DNA of 32,000 nucleotides, taken from NCBI RefSeq assembly GCF_001457595.1, contig NZ_LN831039.1, positions 4,410,001-4,442,000 of the forward strand. The letters are read 5' to 3'. Source of the stretch: Mycolicibacterium smegmatis. GTDB taxonomy: Bacteria > Actinomycetota > Actinomycetes > Mycobacteriales > Mycobacteriaceae. Position 1 is the first letter of the stretch; each line of letters starts with the position of its first letter. Shown piece by piece: positions 17,707-25,076 of the stretch. The position numbers and the translations under genes were made by a program. The notes under the pieces are model-generated. The model searched no databases, was not told the origin of the DNA, and worked only from the letters and a program-made list of their open reading frames with translations.

Positions 17707-19347
17707 TCAATTGTCTTTTCGCACCACTCCGTTCTGGTAGGCCCAGGTGACCGCGGCCGTACGGCTCGACACGCCGAGCTTGGTGTAGATGTTGGCCAGG
17801 TGCCTGCCCACGGTCTTGTCGCTGATGACGAACTGGTGGGCGACCTGACGATTGGTGGCCCCGCCTGCGATCGCGCGCAGCACCTCGATCTCGCGGCGCG
17901 TCAACCCACCGGGGCTGGCCCGGCCGCACACGCCACTGGGCTGCACGGCCAGTTGCTCGTAGATGTTCTCGGCCGTCGCGATGTCGGTATCGGCCGCAGT
18001 GTCGTCGCCGAGTCCCCTGTGCGCCAGCGCCATCCACTCGTACACCTCGGCGATGTCGTAACGCTCCTGCTGCAGCCGGTACTCGCGCAGCGCGGCGCCG
18101 AGGTTGTCCAATGCCGCTTCGAACTCGCCGCGACGCACCAGCACCGCGCCGCGGGCATGCGCGGCCCAGCCCCGGTATCCCGGCGTGGCGAAAGCCTCGG
18201 CGCCGGCGGCAAGTTGGTCACAGTACCGCTGCGCCTCGCCGATGTCGTCACGCGCCAGGGCCACCACCACGGCCGCACGCAGCAGCCGCATGCGGTCCAG
18301 CGGACCGGCGCCGGCCAGCGCGACGCGCAGGTCGGTCCATGCCTTGCGACTCTGCCCCACGCTGCAGTGCAGCAGCGCCTCGCCGGGCTGGGGATCCTTT
18401 CCGAGCGAACGCGCCTTGGCGAACGCCGCCAGCGCCCCCTCGGTGTCCCCGCGCAACCGCCGGACCTCACCGAGCTGATAGAAACCCTCGGCGCCCACCC
18501 ATGAGTTGACGTCCTCCAACGCCGTACTCGCGCTGAACAATTGGTCTTCGAGCCGGCGATAGTCGTCGTCGGCGGCGGCCAGTTGCAGCCGGTGCACGTC
18601 GCACACCCGGTAGAACGGCGAGGCCGAGTGGACGTCGCACCAGCGCTCCATGGACTGCGTCCACGCGCGCATCCTGGGGTGGTCGGCGAGCTTGTGGCAC
18701 AGGTTCAGCACCACGCAGTAGATGTCGCCGGCCCACTCGACGCGCACGTGTCCGGCCAGCAGCGGCAGCAACGCCTCGTCGACCAGGGCGTAGCCGTCGG
18801 CCACGCGGCCCTGGTGTAGCGCGGCGATCGCCTGCGACACCAACGACAACGATTCCAGCGCCGGATCCTCGACGCTGTCGCACAAATGCCGCACCGCCTC
18901 GGCGCGGCGCGCCAACTCCTCAGGGTCCTGTTCGGCCACCGCGAGTACGACATCCAGGTACGCCAGATAGCAGTGCGTCGGCCCGGTCGGGGCGCCTGTG
19001 AGCAGCCGACGCGCCCGGTTCATCCACCCCTGCGCAATGTTGAGATCACCCCGCGTCAGCCACTCCAGGGCGATGTCGACGGCCTTCGTCGCCGCCGTCG
19101 CCGGATCACGGCGCACAAGTTGCCCGTACACCCGTTCGGCGAGCCGGACGGCCTCGCGGCTGTGCCCCAGCCGCCAGGCCGTGGTGGCATAGGCATCGAG
19201 ATCGTCCAGCGTCATCGGGCCGATCGCCTCGGCCCGCAGATACGCCTGATAGGCCGCGGCCCATTCGGCGCGCGAGTGTGCTGCCCGCGCCTCCAGCAAC
19301 GCGGGATGATCCGATGCCCGCCCAACCGAACCTGTCGCCGTCGTCAT
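17707..19347 (-). CDS. LuxR-family transcriptional regulator with TPR-like helical repeat region
   Basis: C-terminal GerE/LuxR HTH ([45 protein letters not shown]). About 470 aa of alpha-helical, Ala/Leu/Arg-rich repeats precede it. No P-loop or cyclase motif is seen. Confidence 0.85.
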   Translation of the reverse strand: MTTATGSVGRASDHPALLEARAAHSRAEWAAAYQAYLRAEAIGPMTLDDLDAYATTAWRLGHSREAVRLAERVYGQLVRRDPATAATKAVDIALEWLTRGDLNIAQGWMNRARRLLTGAPTGPTHCYLAYLDVVLAVAEQDPEELARRAEAVRHLCDSVEDPALESLSLVSQAIAALHQGRVADGYALVDEALLPLLAGHVRVEWAGDIYCVVLNLCHKLADHPRMRAWTQSMERWCDVHSASPFYRVCDVHRLQLAAADDDYRRLEDQLFSASTALEDVNSWVGAEGFYQLGEVRRLRGDTEGALAAFAKARSLGKDPQPGEALLHCSVGQSRKAWTDLRVALAGAGPLDRMRLLRAAVVVALARDDIGEAQRYCDQLAAGAEAFATPGYRGWAAHARGAVLVRRGEFEAALDNLGAALREYRLQQERYDIAEVYEWMALAHRGLGDDTAADTDIATAENIYEQLAVQPSGVCGRASPGGLTRREIEVLRAIAGGATNRQVAHQFVISDKTVGRHLANIYTKLGVSSRTAAVTWAYQNGVVRKDN

Positions 19348-19424
19348 TGCTGCCCACGGTATTACGGGCTCGGGTCATGCGGCAGTAAACGGCAACTCTG
19401 ATAGCAGGTTCGGGTGCTCACCGC

Positions 19425-19430
19425 TAGGTT
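19425..19430 (+). promoter_or_regulatory. Candidate -10 element for a leaderless mscR transcript
   Basis: TAGGTT (TANNNT) ends 6 nt before the ATG at 19437, and no Shine-Dalgarno lies between them. Confidence 0.35.
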
Positions 19431-19436
19431 GTAACC

Positions 19437-20528
19437 ATGCCTCAGACTGTGCGCGGTGTGATTTCTCGGAGTAAGCAGCAACCCGTCGAGTTGGTGGACA
19501 TCGTGATCCCGGATCCCGGTCCGGGCGAGGTGGTGGTCGACATCATCGCGTGCGGGGTATGCCACACGGACCTGACCTACCGCGAGGGTGGGATCAACGA
19601 CGAGTTCCCGTTCCTGTTGGGCCATGAGGCCGCAGGCACCGTGGAAGCAGTCGGTGAGGGCGTCACCAACGTCGCGCCCGGTGACTTCGTGATCCTGAAC
19701 TGGCGCGCGGTGTGTGGACAGTGCCGCGCCTGTAAGCGGGGGCGTCCCCACCTATGCTTCGACACGTTCAACGCCACCCAGAAGATGACGCTGACCGACG
19801 GCACCGAACTCACCCCGGCCCTGGGCATCGGCGCGTTCGCCGACAAGACCCTGGTGCACGAGGGCCAGTGCACCAAGGTCGACGCCGACGCCGACCCGGC
19901 CGTGGCCGGCCTTCTGGGTTGCGGCGTCATGGCCGGCATCGGCGCGGCCATCAACACCGGCGCGGTCACGCGCGACGACACCGTTGCCGTGATCGGCTGC
20001 GGCGGTGTCGGTGACGCCGCCATCGCCGGGGCGGCCCTGGTCGGGGCGAAAAAGATCATCGCCGTCGACATGGACAACAAAAAGCTCGACTGGGCCCGCG
20101 AATTCGGCGCCACCCACACGGTCAACGCCAAAGACCTCGACGCGGTGGAGACCATCCAGGACCTCACCGACGGATTCGGCGCCGACGTCGTCATCGACGC
20201 GGTCGGGCGCCCGGAAACCTGGAAGCAGGCCTTCTACGCGCGCGATCTCGCGGGCACCGTGGTGCTGGTCGGTGTGCCCACCCCGGACATGAAACTGGAG
20301 ATGCCGCTGATCGACTTCTTCTCCCGCGGCGGGTCGTTGAAGTCCTCCTGGTACGGCGATTGTCTGCCCGAACGCGACTTCCCCACCCTGATCTCGCTGT
20401 ACCTGCAGGGCCGCCTGCCGCTGGAGAAGTTCGTCTCCGAACGCATCGGCCTGGACGGCATCGAGGATGCCTTCCACAAGATGCACGCCGGTGAGGTGCT
20501 GCGCTCCGTGGTGGTGTTGGACCGATGA
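19437..20528 (+). CDS. mscR: Class III zinc alcohol dehydrogenase: S-(hydroxymethyl)mycothiol / S-nitrosomycothiol reductase
   Basis: Zn-ADH motifs GVCHTDL and GHEAAG, structural-zinc cysteines ([15 protein letters not shown]) and Rossmann GCGGVG. 363 aa, Rv2259-like. Confidence 0.9.
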   Translation: MPQTVRGVISRSKQQPVELVDIVIPDPGPGEVVVDIIACGVCHTDLTYREGGINDEFPFLLGHEAAGTVEAVGEGVTNVAPGDFVILNWRAVCGQCRACKRGRPHLCFDTFNATQKMTLTDGTELTPALGIGAFADKTLVHEGQCTKVDADADPAVAGLLGCGVMAGIGAAINTGAVTRDDTVAVIGCGGVGDAAIAGAALVGAKKIIAVDMDNKKLDWAREFGATHTVNAKDLDAVETIQDLTDGFGADVVIDAVGRPETWKQAFYARDLAGTVVLVGVPTPDMKLEMPLIDFFSRGGSLKSSWYGDCLPERDFPTLISLYLQGRLPLEKFVSERIGLDGIEDAFHKMHAGEVLRSVVVLDR

Positions 20529-20553
20529 GCGCTTGCGCGAAGAGGAGATCAGC

Positions 20554-21186
20554 ATGACCGGGCCTGCGCAGATCCAGCGGGTCGTCACCAGCGGCACGTT
20601 CAGCCTCGACGGCGGCACCTGGGACGTCGACAACAACATCTGGCTCGTCGGCGACGACAACGACGTGATCGTGTTCGACGCCGCCCACACCGCCGCGCCC
20701 ATCGTCGACGCGGTGGCCGGGCGCAACGTGGTCGCGGTGATCTGCACACACGGGCTCAACGACCACATCACCGTCGCGCCCGATCTCGCCGTGGCCCTGG
20801 ACGCCCCCGTGCTGCTGCACCCCGCTGACGACATGCTGTGGCGAGACATCCACCCGGACAAGGAGTTCCGTGCCGTCGAGGACGGCCTGGTGCTCAAGGC
20901 GGGCGAGATCGAGGTGCATGCCCTGCACACCCCCGGGCACTCGCCGGGTTCGGTGTGCTGGTCGATCCCCGAACTGAACGCCGTGATCTCCGGGGACACC
21001 CTGTTCCAGGGCGGCCCGGGTGCCACCGGGCGCTCCTACTCGGATTTCCCGACCATCCTCGATTCCATCAAGAACCGCCTCGGTCTGCTGCCCGCCGAAA
21101 CCGTGGTCTACACCGGCCACGGCGACACCACCACCATCGGCGGCGAACTCGTCAACTACGACGACTGGGTCAAGCGCGGCCACTGA
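20554..21186 (+). CDS. MBL-fold metallo-hydrolase (glyoxalase II-like; putative S-formylmycothiol hydrolase)
   Basis: 210 aa. A GAGGAG RBS lies 5 nt upstream of ATG 20554. MBL motifs HTPGHSPGS, GDTLF and YTGHGD are present. Motif 2 reads THGLNDH rather than THxHxDH (see findings). Rv2260-like position downstream of mscR. Confidence 0.85.
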   Translation: MTGPAQIQRVVTSGTFSLDGGTWDVDNNIWLVGDDNDVIVFDAAHTAAPIVDAVAGRNVVAVICTHGLNDHITVAPDLAVALDAPVLLHPADDMLWRDIHPDKEFRAVEDGLVLKAGEIEVHALHTPGHSPGSVCWSIPELNAVISGDTLFQGGPGATGRSYSDFPTILDSIKNRLGLLPAETVVYTGHGDTTTIGGELVNYDDWVKRGH

Positions 21187-21230
21187 GTTCTGCGGGCCGT
21201 CGCACCTCGCACACCGCGAGCACCGCGCGG

Positions 21231-21320
21231 TGCACCGCGAGCTCCGCGCGTTGCACCGTGAGCTCCGCGAGTTGCACCGTGAGCTCCGCGAGTTGCACCG
21301 CGAGCGTGCGTGTCTGCACC
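21231..21320. repeat. 21-bp tandem repeat, about 4.3 copies, intergenic
   Basis: TGCACCGCGAGCTCCGCGCGT (21231-51), TGCACCGTGAGCTCCGCGAGT twice and identical (21252-72, 21273-93), TGCACCGCGAGCGTGCGTGTC (21294-314), then TGCACC. Degenerate CACCGCGAG-like copies extend back to about 21201. Confidence 0.9.
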
Positions 21321-21427
21321 TCACCACGCCGTGAAATCTCAGCAGTGCACGCGCCCTCGGCAGCGACGAGCGTGCGCGAACTGCTGACGAAAGGCGGCGT
21401 GTCGACATGCAGACGCGCCCGCTCGCG

Positions 21428-21485
21428 GTGCCTTGGTGCCTTGCTGCCTTGGTGCCTTGCTGCCTTGGTGCCAGGTGCCAGGTGG
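21428..21485. repeat. 8-bp (16-bp alternating) tandem repeat, about 7 copies, intergenic
   Basis: GTGCCTTG GTGCCTTG CTGCCTTG GTGCCTTG CTGCCTTG GTGCCAGG TGCCAGGTGG, read directly from the sequence. Confidence 0.9.
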
Positions 21486-21538
21486 GGTTCTGATCACCGT
21501 GAGCCAGGACCTATGCGTGGCTCGACCAGAACCGCATA

Positions 21539-22921
21539 GTGGCGTGCATGACGACTTCGAGTGGGCGTACCGCAGCGATCATCGGTGCCGGGCAGACCGG
21601 CGTCACCGCGGCATTGGGCTTGCTGGACAAGGGTTTCGACGTCACGATCTACAGCGATCGCGACCAGAAGAGCCTGCGCGACGCCGTGCCCGCCACGGGC
21701 ACGGCGCTCATATTCGGTGAGGCGCAGCGCGCTGAGGAGTCGCTGGGGCTCAACACCTACCTCGCGACCGGGCCCACCTCCACCGGGCAGAGCGTGCGCG
21801 TGCTCAACCCGCAGAGCAGCACGCCCGAAGAGGTCGCGTTCGACGCGTCGTTCTCCGGCTTCCGGGGCATCGCGGTGGACACGCGCCTCAAGGCCGACGA
21901 CCGGCTCACGCTGTTCCGGCAGCGCGGCGGAAACTTCGTGGTCGAACCGGTCGACCCGGCGCGACTCGACGCGATCGCCGGGTCGGTGGATCTCACGCTG
22001 GTCGCCACGGGCCGTGGTGGCCTGTCGCAGCTGTTCCCGATCGATCCGCGGCACACGGCCTACGACCGTCCCCAGCGCACGCTGCTGACCGTCATGCTCA
22101 CCGGATTGCCGTTCGGGCAAGAGATTTTCGCGCACCGCAGCGCCGAGGGCAGCGCGCACAACGCGTTCACCGTGGTCACCGATCAGGGCGAGGCGTATCT
22201 GGGTGGTTTCCTGCACAAGGACATCGGCCCGGCGTGGGCGTTCCTCGGCTGGGCGCGCCCCGGCAGCGACTGGGAGCGCCGGTTCTCCGCGGCCGACGGC
22301 CCGGCGAGCGCCCTGGACGTCGTCAACGACCTGTACCGCGACTACATCGACTGGGACGCCGCCGAGGTGAGCGCGCTGAGGGTGATCGAGGACGATCCGC
22401 ACTCGTGGCTCAAGGGCGCGGTGACCCAGGTGGTGCGCGCGGGCGTCGGGCGCACAGCGAGCGGACATCCGGTGGCTGCCCTCGGCGACACCGCGGTGTC
22501 CTACGACCCGATCGCCGGCCAGGGCGCGCAGGGTGGGCTGATCCAGGCCGCCGACCTGGTGCACAAGGCCGCCGCGCACGACGGACCGTTCGACGAGGCA
22601 TGGCTGCAGGCGGCGTTCGACGAGTTCTACGCCCGACGGGCGCGCGGCGCCCAGCTGGTGACGCGGCTGTTCCTCGCCGATCCGGAGTTCGCCGAGCACG
22701 GCGGGTTGTTCTTCGCGGCGGCGAGCGCGAGCAGCCGGTTCGCGTCGAACCTGTTCGGCCTGCTGGATGATCCACGACGGTTCGAGCACGCGGCGGCCTC
22801 GGCGGATGCGGCCAAGGAGCTGATCACCGAGTTCGCCGGGGAACCGGCCGACGACGTGCTGGCCCGCTTCGTGCCTGCGGGCGAGTTCGAGCGGTCGCGC
22901 CTGGCGGTGCCGGCGATCTAG
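21539..22921 (+). CDS. StyA-like FAD-dependent monooxygenase/oxidoreductase
   Basis: N-terminal Rossmann motif (AAIIGAGQTGVTAALGLLDKGFDVTIYSDRD). The ALGDTAVSYDPIAGQGAQGG segment parallels the styrene monooxygenase StyA GLGD....DP..GQGAN motif. The start is GTG 21539 or ATG 21548. Confidence 0.65.
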   Translation: MACMTTSSGRTAAIIGAGQTGVTAALGLLDKGFDVTIYSDRDQKSLRDAVPATGTALIFGEAQRAEESLGLNTYLATGPTSTGQSVRVLNPQSSTPEEVAFDASFSGFRGIAVDTRLKADDRLTLFRQRGGNFVVEPVDPARLDAIAGSVDLTLVATGRGGLSQLFPIDPRHTAYDRPQRTLLTVMLTGLPFGQEIFAHRSAEGSAHNAFTVVTDQGEAYLGGFLHKDIGPAWAFLGWARPGSDWERRFSAADGPASALDVVNDLYRDYIDWDAAEVSALRVIEDDPHSWLKGAVTQVVRAGVGRTASGHPVAALGDTAVSYDPIAGQGAQGGLIQAADLVHKAAAHDGPFDEAWLQAAFDEFYARRARGAQLVTRLFLADPEFAEHGGLFFAAASASSRFASNLFGLLDDPRRFEHAAASADAAKELITEFAGEPADDVLARFVPAGEFERSRLAVPAI

Positions 22922-23682
22922 CTGTCGAGGATCCGGCGCTTCTCGGCCTCGAACTCCTCCTGGGTGAGCGCGCCGGAGTCCCGCAACGCCGCAATGGTTT
23001 TGAGCTGTTCGATGCGGATCGCGTGATCGGTGGGCTGGTAGCTGTACCCGCGCTCCGACGGTCCACCGATGTTGATGGTGTGCTCGCCGAGTTCGACCGC
23101 TTCGACAGGCTCGAAGCGCTCGCCCGATCCGAGGAACCGCGGTCGTCTCTCGGCGCGCCTGAGCCACATCGCACTCGCGGCCAGCGCCGCCAGCGAGGCC
23201 GCGAACACGCCGGCGAACATCCAGACCAGCCACCAGTGCCTGCTGGGATATCCGAACGCCAGGCGCGGATTGATGTAGCCCCGCACGTCACCGTCGACGC
23301 GGACCTGGTACACGGCGGGCTCGGCGACCTGCATCATCCACACCCGCACATGTGCGTCGTTGTTCACCGTGGTTGTAGCGCCGGGGCTTTCGGTGACGGT
23401 CGGCATCGCGGCGCCGGGTGGCGCCTGCACGTGGAGCTCCAGCGCAGGCACCGGCAGGCCGCCTTCGGAGTCGGTCACCCAGGTGTGGAAACTCACCGAC
23501 ACCTCGCCGGCCGGCAACTCCACGCTGCCGCTTCCCGGAATCGGCACCTCGCCGTAGGCGTCGAACTTGTCGAAGAACAGCGCGTTGAGGATCAGCGCGA
23601 CGACGAATCCGACGATGCCGATGACCACAGCACACCCGGACAGCACCACCGCGACACGCGGTATCGCCCGGCTGCTGTTCAT
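22918..23682 (-). CDS. Two-TM membrane protein with C-terminal SHOCT domain
   Basis: N-terminal TM (VAVVLSGCAVVIGIVGFVVALILNALFF), second TM (WWLVWMFAGVFAASLAALAASAMWL) and a C-terminal SHOCT-like helix pair (IRIEQLKTIAALRDSGALTQEEFEAEKRRIL). Its stop overlaps the convergent StyA-like stop (CTAG). Confidence 0.7.
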   Translation of the reverse strand: MNSSRAIPRVAVVLSGCAVVIGIVGFVVALILNALFFDKFDAYGEVPIPGSGSVELPAGEVSVSFHTWVTDSEGGLPVPALELHVQAPPGAAMPTVTESPGATTTVNNDAHVRVWMMQVAEPAVYQVRVDGDVRGYINPRLAFGYPSRHWWLVWMFAGVFAASLAALAASAMWLRRAERRPRFLGSGERFEPVEAVELGEHTINIGGPSERGYSYQPTDHAIRIEQLKTIAALRDSGALTQEEFEAEKRRILDS

Positions 23683-23753
23683 GGCGGAAGTGTGTCATGG
23701 TCGCCTCGCCTGCGACTACCGTCGTGGGTGTCCAGCAACGCCGAGGAGGTGCC

Positions 23754-23984
23754 ATGGCCCGCGACGAGGTGGCGACGACCACCGCCGAACCACGGCCCGC
23801 GCTGCGCTATTGGGTGGCGCTGATCCTCGTCGCCCTCGCCGCGGTGTTCGTCGTCCAGAACCGCGCGCGGGTGGACATCCACGTGCTGTGGGTGACCGTC
23901 GATTCGCCGATGTGGTTCATCTTGGTCATCATTTTCGTCGTGGGAATGCTCATCGGTCTGCTGTTGCGCCGGCGGCGGGGATAG
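23754..23984 (+). CDS. Small LapA-domain (DUF1049-like) membrane protein
   Basis: 76 aa from ATG 23754 with a GAGGAGG RBS about 4 nt upstream. There are two TM segments with FVVQN between them (YWVALILVALAAVFVVQN ... MWFILVIIFVVGMLIGLLL) and an RRRRG tail. Confidence 0.6.
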   Translation: MARDEVATTTAEPRPALRYWVALILVALAAVFVVQNRARVDIHVLWVTVDSPMWFILVIIFVVGMLIGLLLRRRRG

Positions 23985-23986
23985 CC

Positions 23987-25069
23987 GTGCCCAAATTCCG
24001 AGTGGCCGTCGACCCCGAACCGGATGACCCCACACCGAAGATGCGGGCGCCGCGCCCGCACGCCGCGGGACTGAACTCGGCGATCGCCCTGCTGGAGGAG
24101 GCCGCGCGGACCGTGCCGCTGCCCGAGGCGCCCTACCCCATCGTCATCGCCGACTACGGTGTGGGCACGGGCCGCAATTCGATGCGCCCCATTGCGGCGG
24201 CGATCGCCGCGCTGCGCGGGCGCACCCGCCCCGAGCACTCGGTGTTGGTGACGCACACCGACAACGCCGACAACGATTTCACCGCGGTGTTCCGCGGCCT
24301 GGCGGACAACCCCGACTCGTATCTGCGCCGCGACACCTCGACGTACCCGTCGGCGGTGGGCCGCTCGTTCTACACGCAGATCCTGCCGTCGAAGTCGGTG
24401 CACGTCGGTTGGTCGGCATGGGCCATCGTGCGGGTCGGCCGGATGCCGATGCCCGTCCCCGACCACGTCGCCGCGTCGTTCAGCGGGGATCCGCAGGTGG
24501 TGGCCGCCTACGCGCGGCAAGCCGCGTTCGACTGGCACGAGTTCGTCGCGTTCCGCGGGCGCGAACTGGCCTCGGGTGCCCAGTTGGTGGTGTTGACCGC
24601 CGCGCTCGGTGATGACGGCGACTTCGGGTACCGCCCGTTGTTCGCCGCGGTGATGGACACGCTGCGCGAGCTGACGGCCGACGGCGTGCTGCGTCAGGAC
24701 GAACTGCACCGCATGTCGCTGCCGATCGTCGGCAGACGCGCCAACGACTTCATGGCACCGTTCGCCCCGTCGGGCCGGTTCGAGCGCCTCTCGATCAGCC
24801 ATCTCGAGGTGTACGACGCCGAGGACGTGATTTACAGCAGTTACCAGAAAGACAGGGACACCGATGTTTTCGGGCTCCGGTGGGCCGATTTCTGCCGGTT
24901 CACGTTCTTCAGCGATCTGTGTACCGCGCTCGACGACGACGCGGCGCGCTGCACACAGTTCCAGGACCGGCTGCACGCCGGTATCGCGGCGAGGTTGTCG
25001 GCCCAGCCCGAACAGATGCGGATTCCGTTGGCGCAGCTGGTCCTTGAGAGGCGGCGCCGCTCGGGCTGA
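23987..25069 (+). CDS. Putative SAM-dependent methyltransferase (SABATH/Methyltransf_7-like), uncertain
   Basis: The IVIADYGVGTGRNS segment resembles the SAM-binding IADLGCSxGxN motif of carboxyl methyltransferases. The GTG start at 23987 is 2 nt after the LapA-like stop, and the ORF-track start at 23567 is an antisense or out-of-context extension. The assignment is by motif only. Confidence 0.45.
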   Translation: MPKFRVAVDPEPDDPTPKMRAPRPHAAGLNSAIALLEEAARTVPLPEAPYPIVIADYGVGTGRNSMRPIAAAIAALRGRTRPEHSVLVTHTDNADNDFTAVFRGLADNPDSYLRRDTSTYPSAVGRSFYTQILPSKSVHVGWSAWAIVRVGRMPMPVPDHVAASFSGDPQVVAAYARQAAFDWHEFVAFRGRELASGAQLVVLTAALGDDGDFGYRPLFAAVMDTLRELTADGVLRQDELHRMSLPIVGRRANDFMAPFAPSGRFERLSISHLEVYDAEDVIYSSYQKDRDTDVFGLRWADFCRFTFFSDLCTALDDDAARCTQFQDRLHAGIAARLSAQPEQMRIPLAQLVLERRRRSG

Positions 25070-25076
25070 GCGCTCG

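Noticed and set aside
20191-21408. 405-aa minus-strand ORF reading through the 21-bp repeats as RCNSRSS repeats, and plus-strand frames giving HRELRELHREL
   Set aside because: Most of the minus ORF is antisense to the MBL hydrolase. The plus-strand frames are read-through continuations with no start or RBS in the intergenic region. There is no independent support for translation, although a small repeat peptide cannot be formally excluded.
21201-21485. Possible CRISPR array or MIRU-type mobile repeat
   Set aside because: The units are directly abutting with no unique spacers, the two arrays have unrelated units, and no cas genes are nearby, so this is not a CRISPR. The units (21 bp and 8 bp) are shorter than classical 40-100-bp MIRUs, and I cannot test dispersal without a genome search. 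It is kept only as a generic tandem-repeat finding.
21494-23233. 579-aa ORF on the minus strand, and similar ORFs at 19752-21026, 23807-24976, 26802-27938 and 28614-29729
   Set aside because: Each is antisense to a gene with recognisable domain motifs (StyA-like, mscR/MBL, methyltransferase-like, Hsp70-like, DapB-like). All have the Arg/Gly/His/Asp-rich composition of GC-driven shadow frames.
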